A DNA stretch of 64,000 nucleotides, taken from the IMG/VR virus record IMGVR_UViG_3300014826_000102; one strand, written 5' to 3'. The notes beneath the pieces are model-generated. The model was not told where the DNA came from. It ran no database searches and was given only the letters and a program-made list of their open reading frames with translations. This stretch comes from an uncultured virus (IMG/VR IMGVR_UViG_3300014826_000102). Its lineage: Duplodnaviria; Heunggongvirae; Uroviricota; Caudoviricetes. The stretch's first letter is position 1. Every line of letters begins with the position of its first letter. Positions 1 to 9,777 of this stretch are shown piece by piece. Both the position numbers and the translations under genes were made by a program.

Positions 1-1917
1 TATCATAACGCAGGTCACTCGTCCAGCGGGGGGCTGGCGTGAAGGGCAGATAACGACTCTCGGAGGGCTGGTGCAACTGCACAGCATGGACGTACGAGAA
101 AGTATTCTCGAAATGCAGAGGCTCTATAGGATGCAGGTCGACAGCCACTTCCCCACCCCACAGACGGGCATCACCGGACATGTACTGGAACTCGTCGCTT
201 GCTGGGTCTAACCGCTGCAGGAAGATATAGTTATTGATATGGTTGGCAAACAGGGAAGCCTGTGCTGAGAGGATGCTTGAGGAATAGTCCACTCCCAAGT
301 CGAACTGCCAACTGTTCTCTGGCGACAGGGAGTGGTTGCCTATCTCATAGCGGAAGGTGCCCTCATGCTCACCGTTGGAGCCTAACTCGCTGATATTGGG
401 GGCTCTGAAGCCATGCGAAAGATTCAGACGGGCATTCCATTGAGGGGTGATGCGGTATATAACGCCAAGACTACCGGTCAGTCCCTTGAAATTGCGGCTG
501 AAGTCCTCAAAACGTTCCTCGCCATCGTCCGTCAGGGCATAGCTATGCAGGTGGCGATGGTCGAAACGGAGTCCNNNNNNNNNNTGACAGAGGCAAAGGC
601 ACCGATATCAAACAGGCGGTAGGACGGGATGAGGAATTCCTTACCGAGGTTCTCGGAGTGCTGCCACATACCGGAGATGCCTGCTGCCCATTGCCACAAC
701 TCTTTCGTTGCTGTATAATGGACATCGTAATTGATGGTATGCAGGCGGAAATCGAGACCTAACTCATCAGCTTCCTCAAACTCCTTACGGCGGTTCTGCT
801 GATAGCCAAGTACTGCTTTCAGCGAGCCGTCACCGAGGATAAAGGAGTTGTCGAGCACGACCTTATGGTGATAGATCTTCTGGTATGCCTGTGAATGTAA
901 CAGAGCGTCTGTCTCCTCATCACGCTCTCCTTCCACAAGTCCGGGTTTGATATGGTAGGTGGAGAATTTCAGATGGGAATAGCCCCATCGGCGGTTCAGA
1001 CCCAGCATACCGGTGAAGGCTCGCTCCTTGAACTGGGAGCCCCATACCTTCCCGTCTCGTTTGTTCTCGTATTCACTGGCTCCTTTCTGGCTCCATCTGC
1101 CATTCCATACGATGCCTCCTTTGTTGCCTGCAAAATCAACGGTATAGTCCCACAGACTGTTGTTCGTCTGGAACTCACCTCCTACGGTTGCCGCCATCTG
1201 CCCAAGGGGCACCACGGGGTGCTCATGCAGCACCAGCACACCTGCCATGGCATCAGAACCATACATCAGCGAGGCGGGACCTTTCAGTATCTCGACGGAA
1301 TGGACGGTCTGGGCATCTACTTCAATACCATGCTCGTCACCCCACTGCTGTCCTTCCTGACGGATGCCGTCATTGACTGTGACGATGCGGTTATAGCCCA
1401 GTCCACGGATGACGGGTTTGGAGATTCCCGAGCCTGTGGTGATCTGGTCGACTCCCGGCTGACGGGCGACAGCGTCTATGATATTGGTGGATGAGGTGCT
1501 CTGCAGAATATATGGTGCCACAACGGAAACAGGAGCGGGGGAATGGTCGGCACGGGCATTACCGGTCAGACCGGTCACGACGACCTCTTTCAGCATGGCG
1601 TTATTCTCTTGCAACATAAAGTCTTGTTCATGGACCGTACGGAGGTCGATGGTCTCGATAATGGTCAGGTGACCTACATAACTGACTTGTATCGTTGTCT
1701 TTACTGCTGGAAGGTCGTCTATGCGATAGAAACCTTCTTCATTAGTCACCGTCCCTTGTTTCAACAAGGGGAAATAGATACTGGCTCCCACTACGGGACT
1801 GCCGTCTACGGCATCCGTCACCTTTCCTTGCAACGATGCCTTGTGAGCCAATGGCTCGGCTGACACAGACGTGCAAAGGCACACCCATGACAGCAATATT
1901 AAATATATTGTCTTCAT
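1..1917 (-). CDS. TonB-dependent outer membrane receptor (runs off left edge; crosses N-gap at 575-584)
   Basis: Signal peptide, carboxypeptidase-like N-domain, plug motifs (KPVIRGLG, EILKGPASLMYGSDAMAGV). Past the gap the reading continues in another frame (GLRFDHRHL..FKGLTGSLG), so the stop at 532 is a gap artefact. Confidence 0.9.
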
Positions 1918-1964
1918 TTTTGTGTTATCTGATTAATTACTATTATAATAATGTGTAGTAAGAA

Positions 1965-2308
1965 TCAGATAACCGGAGGGGCTCGGGGGGTGTTTTGACG
2001 GCGTAATGTGGATGGACAATACGCTGTGGGGGAAACGATGACGACTGCCGGTGCCTGTACTGCCATCAACAGTACCACAGCAACCGCTGCCACAAACGAC
2101 AGGGTGACGAACTGGCAAAGCACGCAGTCATGTAAACTGGCTGTCTGTAGGGAGATATGTCCACTGTGGTGCAAGTGGTTGGCGCACTCATAGCACTCGC
2201 CTTCCACTGGTGAAGCCTCGTGGGTATGCAACGACGAGAACAGTAGTATTGGCAGGAATACCAATAGCAACAACCGGGCGGCTAACGTTCTCTTTCGCTG
2301 TCTCTCCA
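1965..2308 (-). CDS. Small His/Cys-rich membrane protein (DUF2946-like) upstream of TonB receptor
   Basis: LHTH, CYEC, HLHHSGH, HDCVLCQF and terminal RAPP motifs. Likely start MERQRK just downstream of a TACCTTTGCA promoter. Confidence 0.65.
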
Positions 2309-2365
2309 TACGTCTGCAAAGGTAAGCAATTATCCTAAATAATGCAAGAAAGTATTTCGTTAATT

Positions 2366-2453
2366 GCAAATCAAATTGATTTACTCAGCAATTCAATTTA
2401 ATTTACCAAGCAAATCAATTTGATTTACTTTGTAATTCAATTTGATTTACAAT
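2366..2453. repeat. Four tandem 22-bp quasi-palindromic AT-rich repeats
   Basis: gcaaatcaaattgatttactca / gcaattcaatttaatttaccaa / gcaaatcaatttgatttacttt / gtaattcaatttgatttacaat. Confidence 0.85.
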
Positions 2454-2469
2454 CGCTCAAAGCATCTTT

Positions 2470-3216
2470 TTACATGTTCATACCGCCATCTACCTGAATG
2501 ACCTGACCGCTGACGTAACTGGACATGTCACTGGCAAGGAAGGTAGCGACGTTGGCGATATCCTCTACCTGACCACCGCGACGCAAAGGAATCTTATTGA
2601 TCCACTCCTTGCGGATATCGTCGGGCAGCGCCTGGGTCATAGCGGTGTCAATGAAACCGGGGGCAATGGCGTTGGCACGGATACCCTTCGGACCCATCTC
2701 CTGACCGATACTCTTGGCAAGGGCAATAAGTCCTGCCTTCGAAGCGGCATAGTTTGCCTGTCCGGCATTACCATGCACACCGACAACGGATGCCATATTG
2801 ATGATGGAACCGCCACGCTGACGCATCATCACAGGAACACAGGCATGAATGAAATTGAATGCTGACTTCAAATTAACGGCTATCACAGCATCCCACTGCT
2901 GCTCGGTCATGCGGAGCATCAGACCGTCCTTGGTGATACCTGCATTGTTTACCAGGATATCGACACTGCCGAACTCTTCCTTCACTGCCTTCACGACTTC
3001 CTCCGTCTGAGCAAAGTCGGCAGCGTTAGAGGCGTAGCTCTTTGCCTTCACTCCCTTGGCGGCAATCTCTTTCTCTGTCTCTTCATTCACCTCCAAGTCT
3101 GTGAATGCGATGTTGGCGCCTTCCTCGGCGAACTTCAATGCGATGGCTTTTCCAATGCCACGTGCAGCACCTGTAATCAGGGCTGTCTTACCACTTAATA
3201 ATTTTGTTGTACTCAT
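2470..3216 (-). CDS. fabG: 3-oxoacyl-ACP reductase
   Basis: TGAARGIG, NNAGITKD, GNAGQANYAASKAG (YxxxK), VSGQVIQVDGGM. Confidence 0.93.
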   Translation of the reverse strand: MSTTKLLSGKTALITGAARGIGKAIALKFAEEGANIAFTDLEVNEETEKEIAAKGVKAKSYASNAADFAQTEEVVKAVKEEFGSVDILVNNAGITKDGLMLRMTEQQWDAVIAVNLKSAFNFIHACVPVMMRQRGGSIINMASVVGVHGNAGQANYAASKAGLIALAKSIGQEMGPKGIRANAIAPGFIDTAMTQALPDDIRKEWINKIPLRRGGQVEDIANVATFLASDMSSYVSGQVIQVDGGMNM

Positions 3217-3255
3217 AATCTTTTGATATTTAATATTTTACGTATTCGATTTTTC

Positions 3256-3277
3256 GTTTGCTGAAAATTTGCTGAAT
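3256..3277 (+). repeat. att-associated direct repeat, left copy (GTTTGCTGAAAATTTGCTGAAT)
   Basis: Identical to 53457-53478; contains tandem TTTGCTGA units. Confidence 0.85.
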
Positions 3278-3714
3278 CATAGACTTTGCGAGGAATCTAA
3301 AACGCCATCCCCGTTAACGTCTAACGGCGTATCTGTACGGGTAAAATTAAACGTGCCCGATACGTCGGTATAGCTACCTGTATATAGTACAGGCATCCGA
3401 CCAGATACAGACGCGCTAAAGCTGTTGGCATCCGTATAGTGGCATACCAGGCTAAAGCCGTCGCCTGAATAAGTGTAGTCAGGGTATTGGCCTGTAGTGG
3501 ATATTTGGGCTACCTGGCTGAATACCTGGTTATCTTTGTAGCCCGTTACGCGCGTACATCTATTATTTGATATTTCAACCGATAGCACAAACGAACCGCT
3601 ACGGCCTACGTAGTAGCCCGCTGTTGGCTTTTCTGTATCGTTGCCGTCAGTTGTACACCCGGCAAAGAAAAACGCGCTTAGAATCAATATAAGTACCTGT
3701 TTCATTGTGCCCAT
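3277..3714 (-). CDS. Lipoprotein in lysogeny operon (possible superinfection exclusion); likely start 3705
   Basis: MKQVLILILSAFFFAGC lipobox; downstream of repressor on the same strand. Confidence 0.7.
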   Translation of the reverse strand: MGTMKQVLILILSAFFFAGCTTDGNDTEKPTAGYYVGRSGSFVLSVEISNNRCTRVTGYKDNQVFSQVAQISTTGQYPDYTYSGDGFSLVCHYTDANSFSASVSGRMPVLYTGSYTDVSGTFNFTRTDTPLDVNGDGVLDSSQSL

Positions 3715-3836
3715 ACGTTTAAAGCTGCATTGAACATACCAAACACCAGGGCTAAGATAATCAGGCCAAGTGTAATGATGATAAACGCGCCTATGATGCA
3801 GCCCGGTTTGTTTTCCTTTGTTTTTGCCAATTTCAT
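3702..3836 (-). CDS. 44-aa single-pass membrane peptide (not in ORF track)
   Basis: MKLAKTKENKPGCIIGAFIIITLGLIILALVFGMFNAALNVWAQ; stop overlaps lipoprotein start (ATGA). Confidence 0.65.
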   Translation of the reverse strand: MKLAKTKENKPGCIIGAFIIITLGLIILALVFGMFNAALNVWAQ

Positions 3837-3855
3837 TTTTTAGGGTATAGTGGAA

Positions 3856-4233
3856 TTATCCTACATTTCTCTTTTGCATAGGCTGATTTTGGGACTGTAG
3901 TCTATGTATCTGCAAATCCCTATCGGCCAGCAGTAATTTAAGCATACGGTTTTCATCTTCAAGTTTGCCTATTTCCGTATCTTGCGGATCATCAAGGCCA
4001 CCAGGTAACAGGCGCATATCACCTTTGCCCCGTAGGAGCCAATCAGCGGAGAGATCGGGGAAAGCATCAAGCACAAGTAAGATCGTACTTACGGAAACTT
4101 CTACGTTGCCGTTAATATGGTTATTCAAAGTCTTTTGGTTGACTTTGTAGATACCCGCTAATTTTGTAGGGTTGCAGTCGTATTCTACCATAACCTGTTG
4201 CAGCCGCTTACGTACATCTTCTTTGTCTGGCAT
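3856..4233 (-). CDS. CI-like HTH repressor
   Basis: XRE-like HTH, SADWLLRGKGDM motif, C-terminal coiled coil; divergent from early genes. Confidence 0.8.
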   Translation of the reverse strand: MPDKEDVRKRLQQVMVEYDCNPTKLAGIYKVNQKTLNNHINGNVEVSVSTILLVLDAFPDLSADWLLRGKGDMRLLPGGLDDPQDTEIGKLEDENRMLKLLLADRDLQIHRLQSQNQPMQKRNVG

Positions 4234-4305
4234 ACTCTTAAATCTTAAAATCTGTAAAACAAGTAACCGAATACTTAAAATCTGTTATAATACACCCTCA
4301 AATGA

Positions 4306-4450
4306 TATAAGTAAGTAAGAAATTACTTATCTTTGCACTCGTAAACGAGGAATCATAAGAAAGGCTGTCGGACATCTAAGCCCAACTATCAAAATCACAA
4401 CTGCAAAGATACGGCAGTTTTTCTTTTCCTCCAAATATATAAGTAAGTAA
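4306..4450. promoter_or_regulatory. Lysis-lysogeny switch: face-to-face promoters and two 13-mer boxes
   Basis: TATCTTTGCA on + (4328-4337) and on - (4402-4411); TATAAGTAAGTAA at 4306-4318 and 4438-4450. Confidence 0.7.
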
Positions 4451-4480
4451 ATAAGTAATTTTAACGTAAAACGTATCAAA

Positions 4481-4741
4481 ATGACACAAAACGGCACGAA
4501 AAACGGAAAGTATGCGGTACAAGGTATCGAAACCCTACGGGCTAAGATCAACCGCGAATTTATTATCAGGCTGTCTAAGAACGGCAAAAGTCAGTTAGTT
4601 GGCTTTACACGTCTTTGCCTGATCGTTGGCGATCTTCACGCTGAACACTATGCGAAGAAAGCTATATGCAGTAAGCAGCAGGCCCCTACTTTCGTCAGAG
4701 GCGGTGCAGAAAGGCTTTGTGTGACGTTTTCACCACGTTAG
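4481..4741 (+). CDS. Hypothetical early protein
   Basis: First ORF of rightward operon. Confidence 0.55.
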   Translation: MTQNGTKNGKYAVQGIETLRAKINREFIIRLSKNGKSQLVGFTRLCLIVGDLHAEHYAKKAICSKQQAPTFVRGGAERLCVTFSPR

Positions 4742-4818
4742 ACGGACAATTACCCACAGGACAAAAAAAACGCTTGTAGCGGAGTTTTAACAACAAATTA
4801 ACAAAAGCATTTAGCAAA

Positions 4819-5016
4819 ATGGTAACAGCAGAAAAAGTAACAAGAGAGGATTTGAAGCAGATGCAGCCCGGAGAATCCCAAACGTTTAAACTACCCAATG
4901 CCCAGGCTTTGGATAGTGCGGGCACTACAGCCTACCAGATGGCGCGTATTGAGGATTGCACGTATTCCGTTGAAAAGGACTACGTAGAGAAAACAATTAA
5001 AATCACTAAAGCGTAA
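4819..5016 (+). CDS. Small hypothetical, possible DNA-binding protein
   Basis: 65 aa, operon context. Confidence 0.6.
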   Translation: MVTAEKVTREDLKQMQPGESQTFKLPNAQALDSAGTTAYQMARIEDCTYSVEKDYVEKTIKITKA

Positions 5017-5020
5017 TACT

Positions 5021-5227
5021 ATGATTATAACTAAGCCCGAAGTAATACCCGATGGCCTGTACAATCAGAAACAGGCAGCAGAGGCCCTACACCTTGACAG
5101 GCACACTATAGCCAGGTATGAGGCTAACGGTAGGCTTAAATTCAAGACACGTAAAGCCGATAACAGAAAGGTTACAACGGGTGCAGAGATAATCAGATGT
5201 TGGCAAGGTATGTACTTAATAAAGTAA
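5021..5227 (+). CDS. Excisionase/MerR-like HTH protein
   Basis: YNQKQAAEALHLDRHTIARY..GRLK. Confidence 0.75.
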   Translation: MIITKPEVIPDGLYNQKQAAEALHLDRHTIARYEANGRLKFKTRKADNRKVTTGAEIIRCWQGMYLIK

Positions 5228-5337
5228 AGTTATGACACAGATCATTATCACTATCGGATTAGCCGTATTTTGTGTAGTATGTATAGTTATCATAGCAAAG
5301 GACATCAATGCTATTGCAGAAGAAATGAGTTAAGCGT

Positions 5338-5562
5338 ATGAAACCGTATAGCTATAGTTCATTTCTTGCAAAGAAAGGAGGCCAAAAGGGAGCCTTACAG
5401 CGAATGGCGAAGAGTTATCCAGGCGAATATAAGTTAGTGTGTAAAATGCGTGAAACCTATAAAATCCTGTTTGACCTCAAAGCCAATCAGTTTGAAAACC
5501 TATTGGTACGGGCTTTAAGAGAGTTAGTTAACGACGGTATTTGTAAAAAACCAAGATTTTAA
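5338..5562 (+). CDS. Hypothetical protein
   Basis: ORF in early operon. Confidence 0.5.
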   Translation: MKPYSYSSFLAKKGGQKGALQRMAKSYPGEYKLVCKMRETYKILFDLKANQFENLLVRALRELVNDGICKKPRF

Positions 5563-5581
5563 TTTTTAAGCACTATTAGTT

Positions 5582-6049
5582 ATGAACGTAAAAATAACAT
5601 CCATATGCGAAATAGCCAAAGAGGGTTATATTTGTGTAGGAGTATCAGGAAACTTACATAAGCCCAAACACGTTTTACTAATAAATTATGAGACGGAAAA
5701 CGGCGAACAAGGCTTAACAACGCGAGGCGTAGGCGGTACTGATCCGTCGTATATTTGCGGCGCGTCAGAAGATATAAATAAGACACACAGATATAATGGT
5801 GTGGAAGAATCAGAAATAGAGTTCAACAGCACGCTATTGCTCTATAAAGTAACTGATTGGATAGGAGTTAATACCATACGTGTTTTAGCAAAAGAAGCAG
5901 AAACAGAGTATCGTAGAGAATTTGATTTCTATAAGAAAAGACTTATAAGGAATATTGTCGAATCTAAAGTAGAAACCGAAAAGGGACTTTTAGATAAACT
6001 TAGCGAAGCAAGTAATTTTAATGATTTATTGTATTTAAGCACTATTTAG
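5582..6049 (+). CDS. Hypothetical protein
   Basis: 155-aa AT-rich ORF in operon. Confidence 0.6.
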   Translation: MNVKITSICEIAKEGYICVGVSGNLHKPKHVLLINYETENGEQGLTTRGVGGTDPSYICGASEDINKTHRYNGVEESEIEFNSTLLLYKVTDWIGVNTIRVLAKEAETEYRREFDFYKKRLIRNIVESKVETEKGLLDKLSEASNFNDLLYLSTI

Positions 6050-6050
6050 T

Positions 6051-6614
6051 ATGAAAACAGATTTTAGCGTAAGCATCCAGGTTAATATCGGAGTAACGCC
6101 CGAAGTCGTACAGCTTGTTACGGCGATCCTGGCAAAGCAACCCGCCCAGATCGTAGCACCTGGTACGGTTGTAAGTAACGAACCACAGCCGGAGCCACAG
6201 GCAGCGGCGAAGAAAACCCGTAAGGGTAAAGGTGAGGCAACAGCCGAAGCACCCGCCAACGATGCAGCCGGAGAGCAGCAAGAGGCAGAGACCCCAACCG
6301 ATCAGCCGGAGCCACAGCCAGAAGCCGAGGCAGAGGCAGAGGCAAACCGCGAACTTACGGAAGAGGACGTAAGGGAAGCTATGCACAAGGTACGCCAACG
6401 TATCGAGGGCGAGAACTACAAGGAAAATACCGATAGTGAGAACTATAAGAAGTATCACCGGGTATTAACCCAGACCTTTAAGAACATTTCGGCTTTGTTA
6501 GGCAGCGACAAACCAAGCACTTTGCCCGCCGATCAACGCGCCGCTTTCATTAATGAGATTAACGCCCTGGTGGTTAACGAAAAGGGCGAGATAACAAAGC
6601 CAAATACCTTTTAA
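6051..6614 (+). CDS. Phage protein with acidic Pro/Glu/Ala linker
   Basis: Typical position before DUF2800 nuclease; low-complexity middle. Confidence 0.7.
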   Translation: MKTDFSVSIQVNIGVTPEVVQLVTAILAKQPAQIVAPGTVVSNEPQPEPQAAAKKTRKGKGEATAEAPANDAAGEQQEAETPTDQPEPQPEAEAEAEANRELTEEDVREAMHKVRQRIEGENYKENTDSENYKKYHRVLTQTFKNISALLGSDKPSTLPADQRAAFINEINALVVNEKGEITKPNTF

Positions 6615-6617
6615 GCT

Positions 6618-7775
6618 ATGCCAGGACAACACGCACTTTTAAGCCCGTCAGCAGCCCACCGTTGGCTGAATTGCACAGCAGCCCCGCGCCTTGAAGAGAA
6701 CGTAGAGGACAAAAGTAGAAGCTATGCAGACGAGGGAACGTTAGCACACGCCTATTGTGCCAAGCACCTGAAAACGTTTTTGGGCGTTGACACGGTAGAT
6801 GAAGATGCCGAAATAGCGCAGTTCTACGAACTTTACCACACGGGCGAAATGGACGAATACACCGATACGTACAAAACTATCGTATTGGAGAAATTCAACC
6901 AGGCACGTACCAAAACCCGTGATGCACAGCTTTTGGTAGAAGTACGTTTGGACTTTACCAAGTATATGCCGGAGGCTTTCGGTACGGCTGATGCCGTTAT
7001 TATCGCTGATGGCTGTTTGGAGATCATAGATTTTAAGTATGGTAAGGGCGTTAAGGTATCAGCCTATAATAATCCCCAAATGAAAATCTATGCTTTGGGA
7101 GCGTATGAGGCTTTTAGCTTTGAGTACAATATTACCCGCGTACGTATGACTATCGTACAGCCCAGGATTGATAACCTTTCAGAGTTTGAGATTACAGCCG
7201 ACGATCTACAGAAGTGGGCCGAAGAGGAATTGCGGCCAAAGGCCAAAGAAGCGTTTAGCGGCAAGGGTAAGCAGATGCCCGGTGCCTGGTGTCAGTTCTG
7301 CAAAGTGAAAGCCCGTTGCAAGGCCCTGACAGAAACAGCCCTGAATCTGGCAAAGGAAAAGGCAGACCCCAATCTGTTAACGCCGGAAGAGATCGCCAAC
7401 GACGTACTACCTTTCATTGATATTGTCAAATCCTGGCTAACAGGCGTAGAGGAATACACCCTACAGGCAGCTTTGAACGGTACGAACTACCCAGGCTATA
7501 AAATCGTTGCAGGGCGCAGTATCAGAAAGATAACTGATACAGAAGCCGTAATGCAAGAATTACAAAGCAACGCTTTTGCCGAAGAATCCTACATGAAGCC
7601 CCGCGAACTTAGAAGCATTACAGACCTTGAAAAGTTGGTAGGTAAGAAACGCTTTGCTGAATTGTGTGGTAAGTGGATTGAGAAGCCCCAGGGCAAACCG
7701 ACGCTTGTACCCGAATCGGACAAACGACCAGCCTACGATACTACAGCGGATGATTTTAAGGACGTGAAAGTATGA
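6618..7775 (+). CDS. DUF2800 / Cas4-like PD-(D/E)xK exonuclease
   Basis: HALLSPSAAHRWLNC, GTLAH, FGTAD, IIDFKYGKG, WCQFC..C. Confidence 0.88.
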   Translation: MPGQHALLSPSAAHRWLNCTAAPRLEENVEDKSRSYADEGTLAHAYCAKHLKTFLGVDTVDEDAEIAQFYELYHTGEMDEYTDTYKTIVLEKFNQARTKTRDAQLLVEVRLDFTKYMPEAFGTADAVIIADGCLEIIDFKYGKGVKVSAYNNPQMKIYALGAYEAFSFEYNITRVRMTIVQPRIDNLSEFEITADDLQKWAEEELRPKAKEAFSGKGKQMPGAWCQFCKVKARCKALTETALNLAKEKADPNLLTPEEIANDVLPFIDIVKSWLTGVEEYTLQAALNGTNYPGYKIVAGRSIRKITDTEAVMQELQSNAFAEESYMKPRELRSITDLEKLVGKKRFAELCGKWIEKPQGKPTLVPESDKRPAYDTTADDFKDVKV

Positions 7776-7897
7776 GTAAGGCAGTTACAGACGATCAGAG
7801 ACGTAGGGAGTATTACAGCGAACTATACACCCTTGAAAGAGATTACGACAGGGAGTTTAACAACCCCGAAATATGGTACTGATTAAAATAGAATAAT

Positions 7898-8380
7898 ATG
7901 CGAAGTCGTACAGCTAAGTGGTTTATCTGTAAAATCAGATACGAAAAGGTAAACGAGGACGGTGTACAGAAGAAAGTAACCGAAATCTACGTAGTCGATG
8001 CTTTGAGTTTTTCAGAGGCAGAGGCACGTATTACGGAGGAAATGCAAAGCTATATCAGCGGGCAGTTTGATATACTTAACATTGACCCGACCCCGTTTGC
8101 TGAAATATTCTTTTCTGATGAAGAGACAGCCGATAGGTGGTACAAAGCCAAATTGGAATTTATCACTATCGACGAAAAGACAGAAAAGGAGAAACGTAGT
8201 GCAGTTACATACCTGGTGCAAGCCGGGAGTTTCGACAAAGCCCTGAAATCTGTTAACGAGGTGATGGGCGGTACGATGATTGATTACGTAACGGCTAAGA
8301 TTGAGGAAACAAAGATTATGGACGTTTTCGAGTATGCGAAGAAAGAAAAGGCCGATGATCCAGAAGATGAAGATTTATAA
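7898..8380 (+). CDS. DUF4494-like Bacteroidetes protein
   Basis: WFICKIRYEK..YVVDALSFSEAEARI..ETKIMDVF. Confidence 0.8.
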   Translation: MRSRTAKWFICKIRYEKVNEDGVQKKVTEIYVVDALSFSEAEARITEEMQSYISGQFDILNIDPTPFAEIFFSDEETADRWYKAKLEFITIDEKTEKEKRSAVTYLVQAGSFDKALKSVNEVMGGTMIDYVTAKIEETKIMDVFEYAKKEKADDPEDEDL

Positions 8381-8403
8381 ACCCTAAAATTCAAAAAAGA
8401 GAA

Positions 8404-8733
8404 ATGGCAAAATTTGCACAAGTGATTGAGTGCCTTAACAAAGGCGGTAGTGCCTGGCGTGCAGAATGGAACGCCAAAGGCGAAAACCGGGAGATCGTTA
8501 AACAGATACCCCAGACAATCAGCAAAGACGTTGTACCTAAAATGACATCTTTGCCAAGTAGTATCAAGCCAAAGGTTAGCACCGTTGGCAACGGTGAAAT
8601 ATCATACCACGACCAGGTATTGCAGATCAGCTTTACAGACGATGGCAAAACCCCGGCAATGGCTACCTACTATATCCCAACGTGGGAAGATATTTTTGCA
8701 GAAGATTGGGGGCTTGTTACGCCCGCTGAATAA
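8404..8733 (+). CDS. DUF2829 / Tad2-like anti-defence protein
   Basis: N-terminal F..VIECL.KG..AWRAEWNAKG and C-terminal PTWEDIFAEDW match the family pattern. Confidence 0.65.
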   Translation: MAKFAQVIECLNKGGSAWRAEWNAKGENREIVKQIPQTISKDVVPKMTSLPSSIKPKVSTVGNGEISYHDQVLQISFTDDGKTPAMATYYIPTWEDIFAEDWGLVTPAE

Positions 8734-8777
8734 ACAGAGTTACACAACCCATTTTAAACAATTAAATTTTAAGAGTT

Positions 8778-9338
8778 ATGATTAAGCCAATTATCAAAGA
8801 GGGTACTAAGGTAGTTTTCGGCCCGTGCCGTTTGTCCTATACCCATGTGTTCAACAAGTACAACCCGGACGGCCCAGAGGCAGAGGGTAAGTTTATGACT
8901 AGCGTACTGATCCCTAAGACGGAAAAGGAAACTATCGAGGCTATCAAGAAAGCCGTAGAAGAGGCCAAGAAACAGGGTATCGTCAACAAGTGGGGTGGCA
9001 AGGAACCCAAAAAACTTGATATGCCGCTACGTGATGGCGACGAAAAAGACGATGAGAACTACGAAGATCATCTGTTTCTTAACGCCAAGAGCAACACACG
9101 CCCTGGTATCGTCGATAAGAACAAAGTGCCCATTGTTGACGAAGAAGAGGTGTACAGCGGTGTTTGGGCTATCATATCGGTTACTTTCTTTGCCTACGAC
9201 AAAAACGGTAATCGCGGTGTAGCTTGCGGCCTCAACAACATTATGAAGTTTAAAGATGATGATCGTTTCGGTGGCTGCGTTTCGGCTGAAAGCGACTTTG
9301 GAGACGTTGACCTACTAGACGATGACGAAGATTTGTAG
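8778..9338 (+). CDS. DUF2815 single-stranded DNA-binding protein
   Basis: RLSYTHVF, PLRDGDE, YSGVW, GNRGVACGLNN, acidic tail. Confidence 0.88.
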   Translation: MIKPIIKEGTKVVFGPCRLSYTHVFNKYNPDGPEAEGKFMTSVLIPKTEKETIEAIKKAVEEAKKQGIVNKWGGKEPKKLDMPLRDGDEKDDENYEDHLFLNAKSNTRPGIVDKNKVPIVDEEEVYSGVWAIISVTFFAYDKNGNRGVACGLNNIMKFKDDDRFGGCVSAESDFGDVDLLDDDEDL

Positions 9339-9374
9339 AACTTTTCTTTAAAGCCATAAGATACGTTTAGATGT

Positions 9375-9410
9375 GCGCCCGCCGTCGTAAAGAGGTGGCG
9401 GCGGGCGTTT
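9375..9410 (+). terminator. GC-rich hairpin / probable terminator
   Basis: cgcccgccgtc...ggcggcgggcg followed by ttt. Confidence 0.5.
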
Positions 9411-9434
9411 AGGAAACAACTTAAAGCAAGAAAA

Positions 9435-9764
9435 ATGACAGCAACGATTTTTATATTTCTGATAGTGACCGCAGTTATAGCGACGGGGATATACGCTACG
9501 CGCGTCAGGACTAAGAGTATCAGGCAGTTTAACCGACGTTACGCAAGCCTGTACAGGATTAACCACCTATCGCAGCAGAATTTTACCAAAGCCGTAAATA
9601 TTGTTATGGATTTGGTGAAGTCAGACGGTGCAGACATTGAAATTATCTACAAAGATAAGGTGCTATTTAACGGCTATATGGATATTGAGCCGGAAACAGG
9701 CAAAGACGTGCCCCATTTCTGGTACAATAAAGAAGTGTTAGACAGATACGGTATTGAATATTAA
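9435..9764 (+). CDS. Hypothetical protein with N-terminal TM segment
   Basis: Hydrophobic N-terminus. Confidence 0.6.
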   Translation: MTATIFIFLIVTAVIATGIYATRVRTKSIRQFNRRYASLYRINHLSQQNFTKAVNIVMDLVKSDGADIEIIYKDKVLFNGYMDIEPETGKDVPHFWYNKEVLDRYGIEY

Positions 9765-9777
9765 ACCAGGTTAAGTT

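Noticed and set aside
532..584. Apparent truncation or pseudogene of the TonB receptor
   Set aside because: The frame change coincides with a 10-N scaffold gap; coding continues beyond it.
6186..6345. CAGCCGGAGCCACAG repeats
   Set aside because: They encode a Pro/Glu/Gln low-complexity linker.
6618..7775. Cas4-like nuclease as evidence of CRISPR-Cas
   Set aside because: Standard DUF2800 phage replication gene; I saw no repeat-spacer array or other cas genes.
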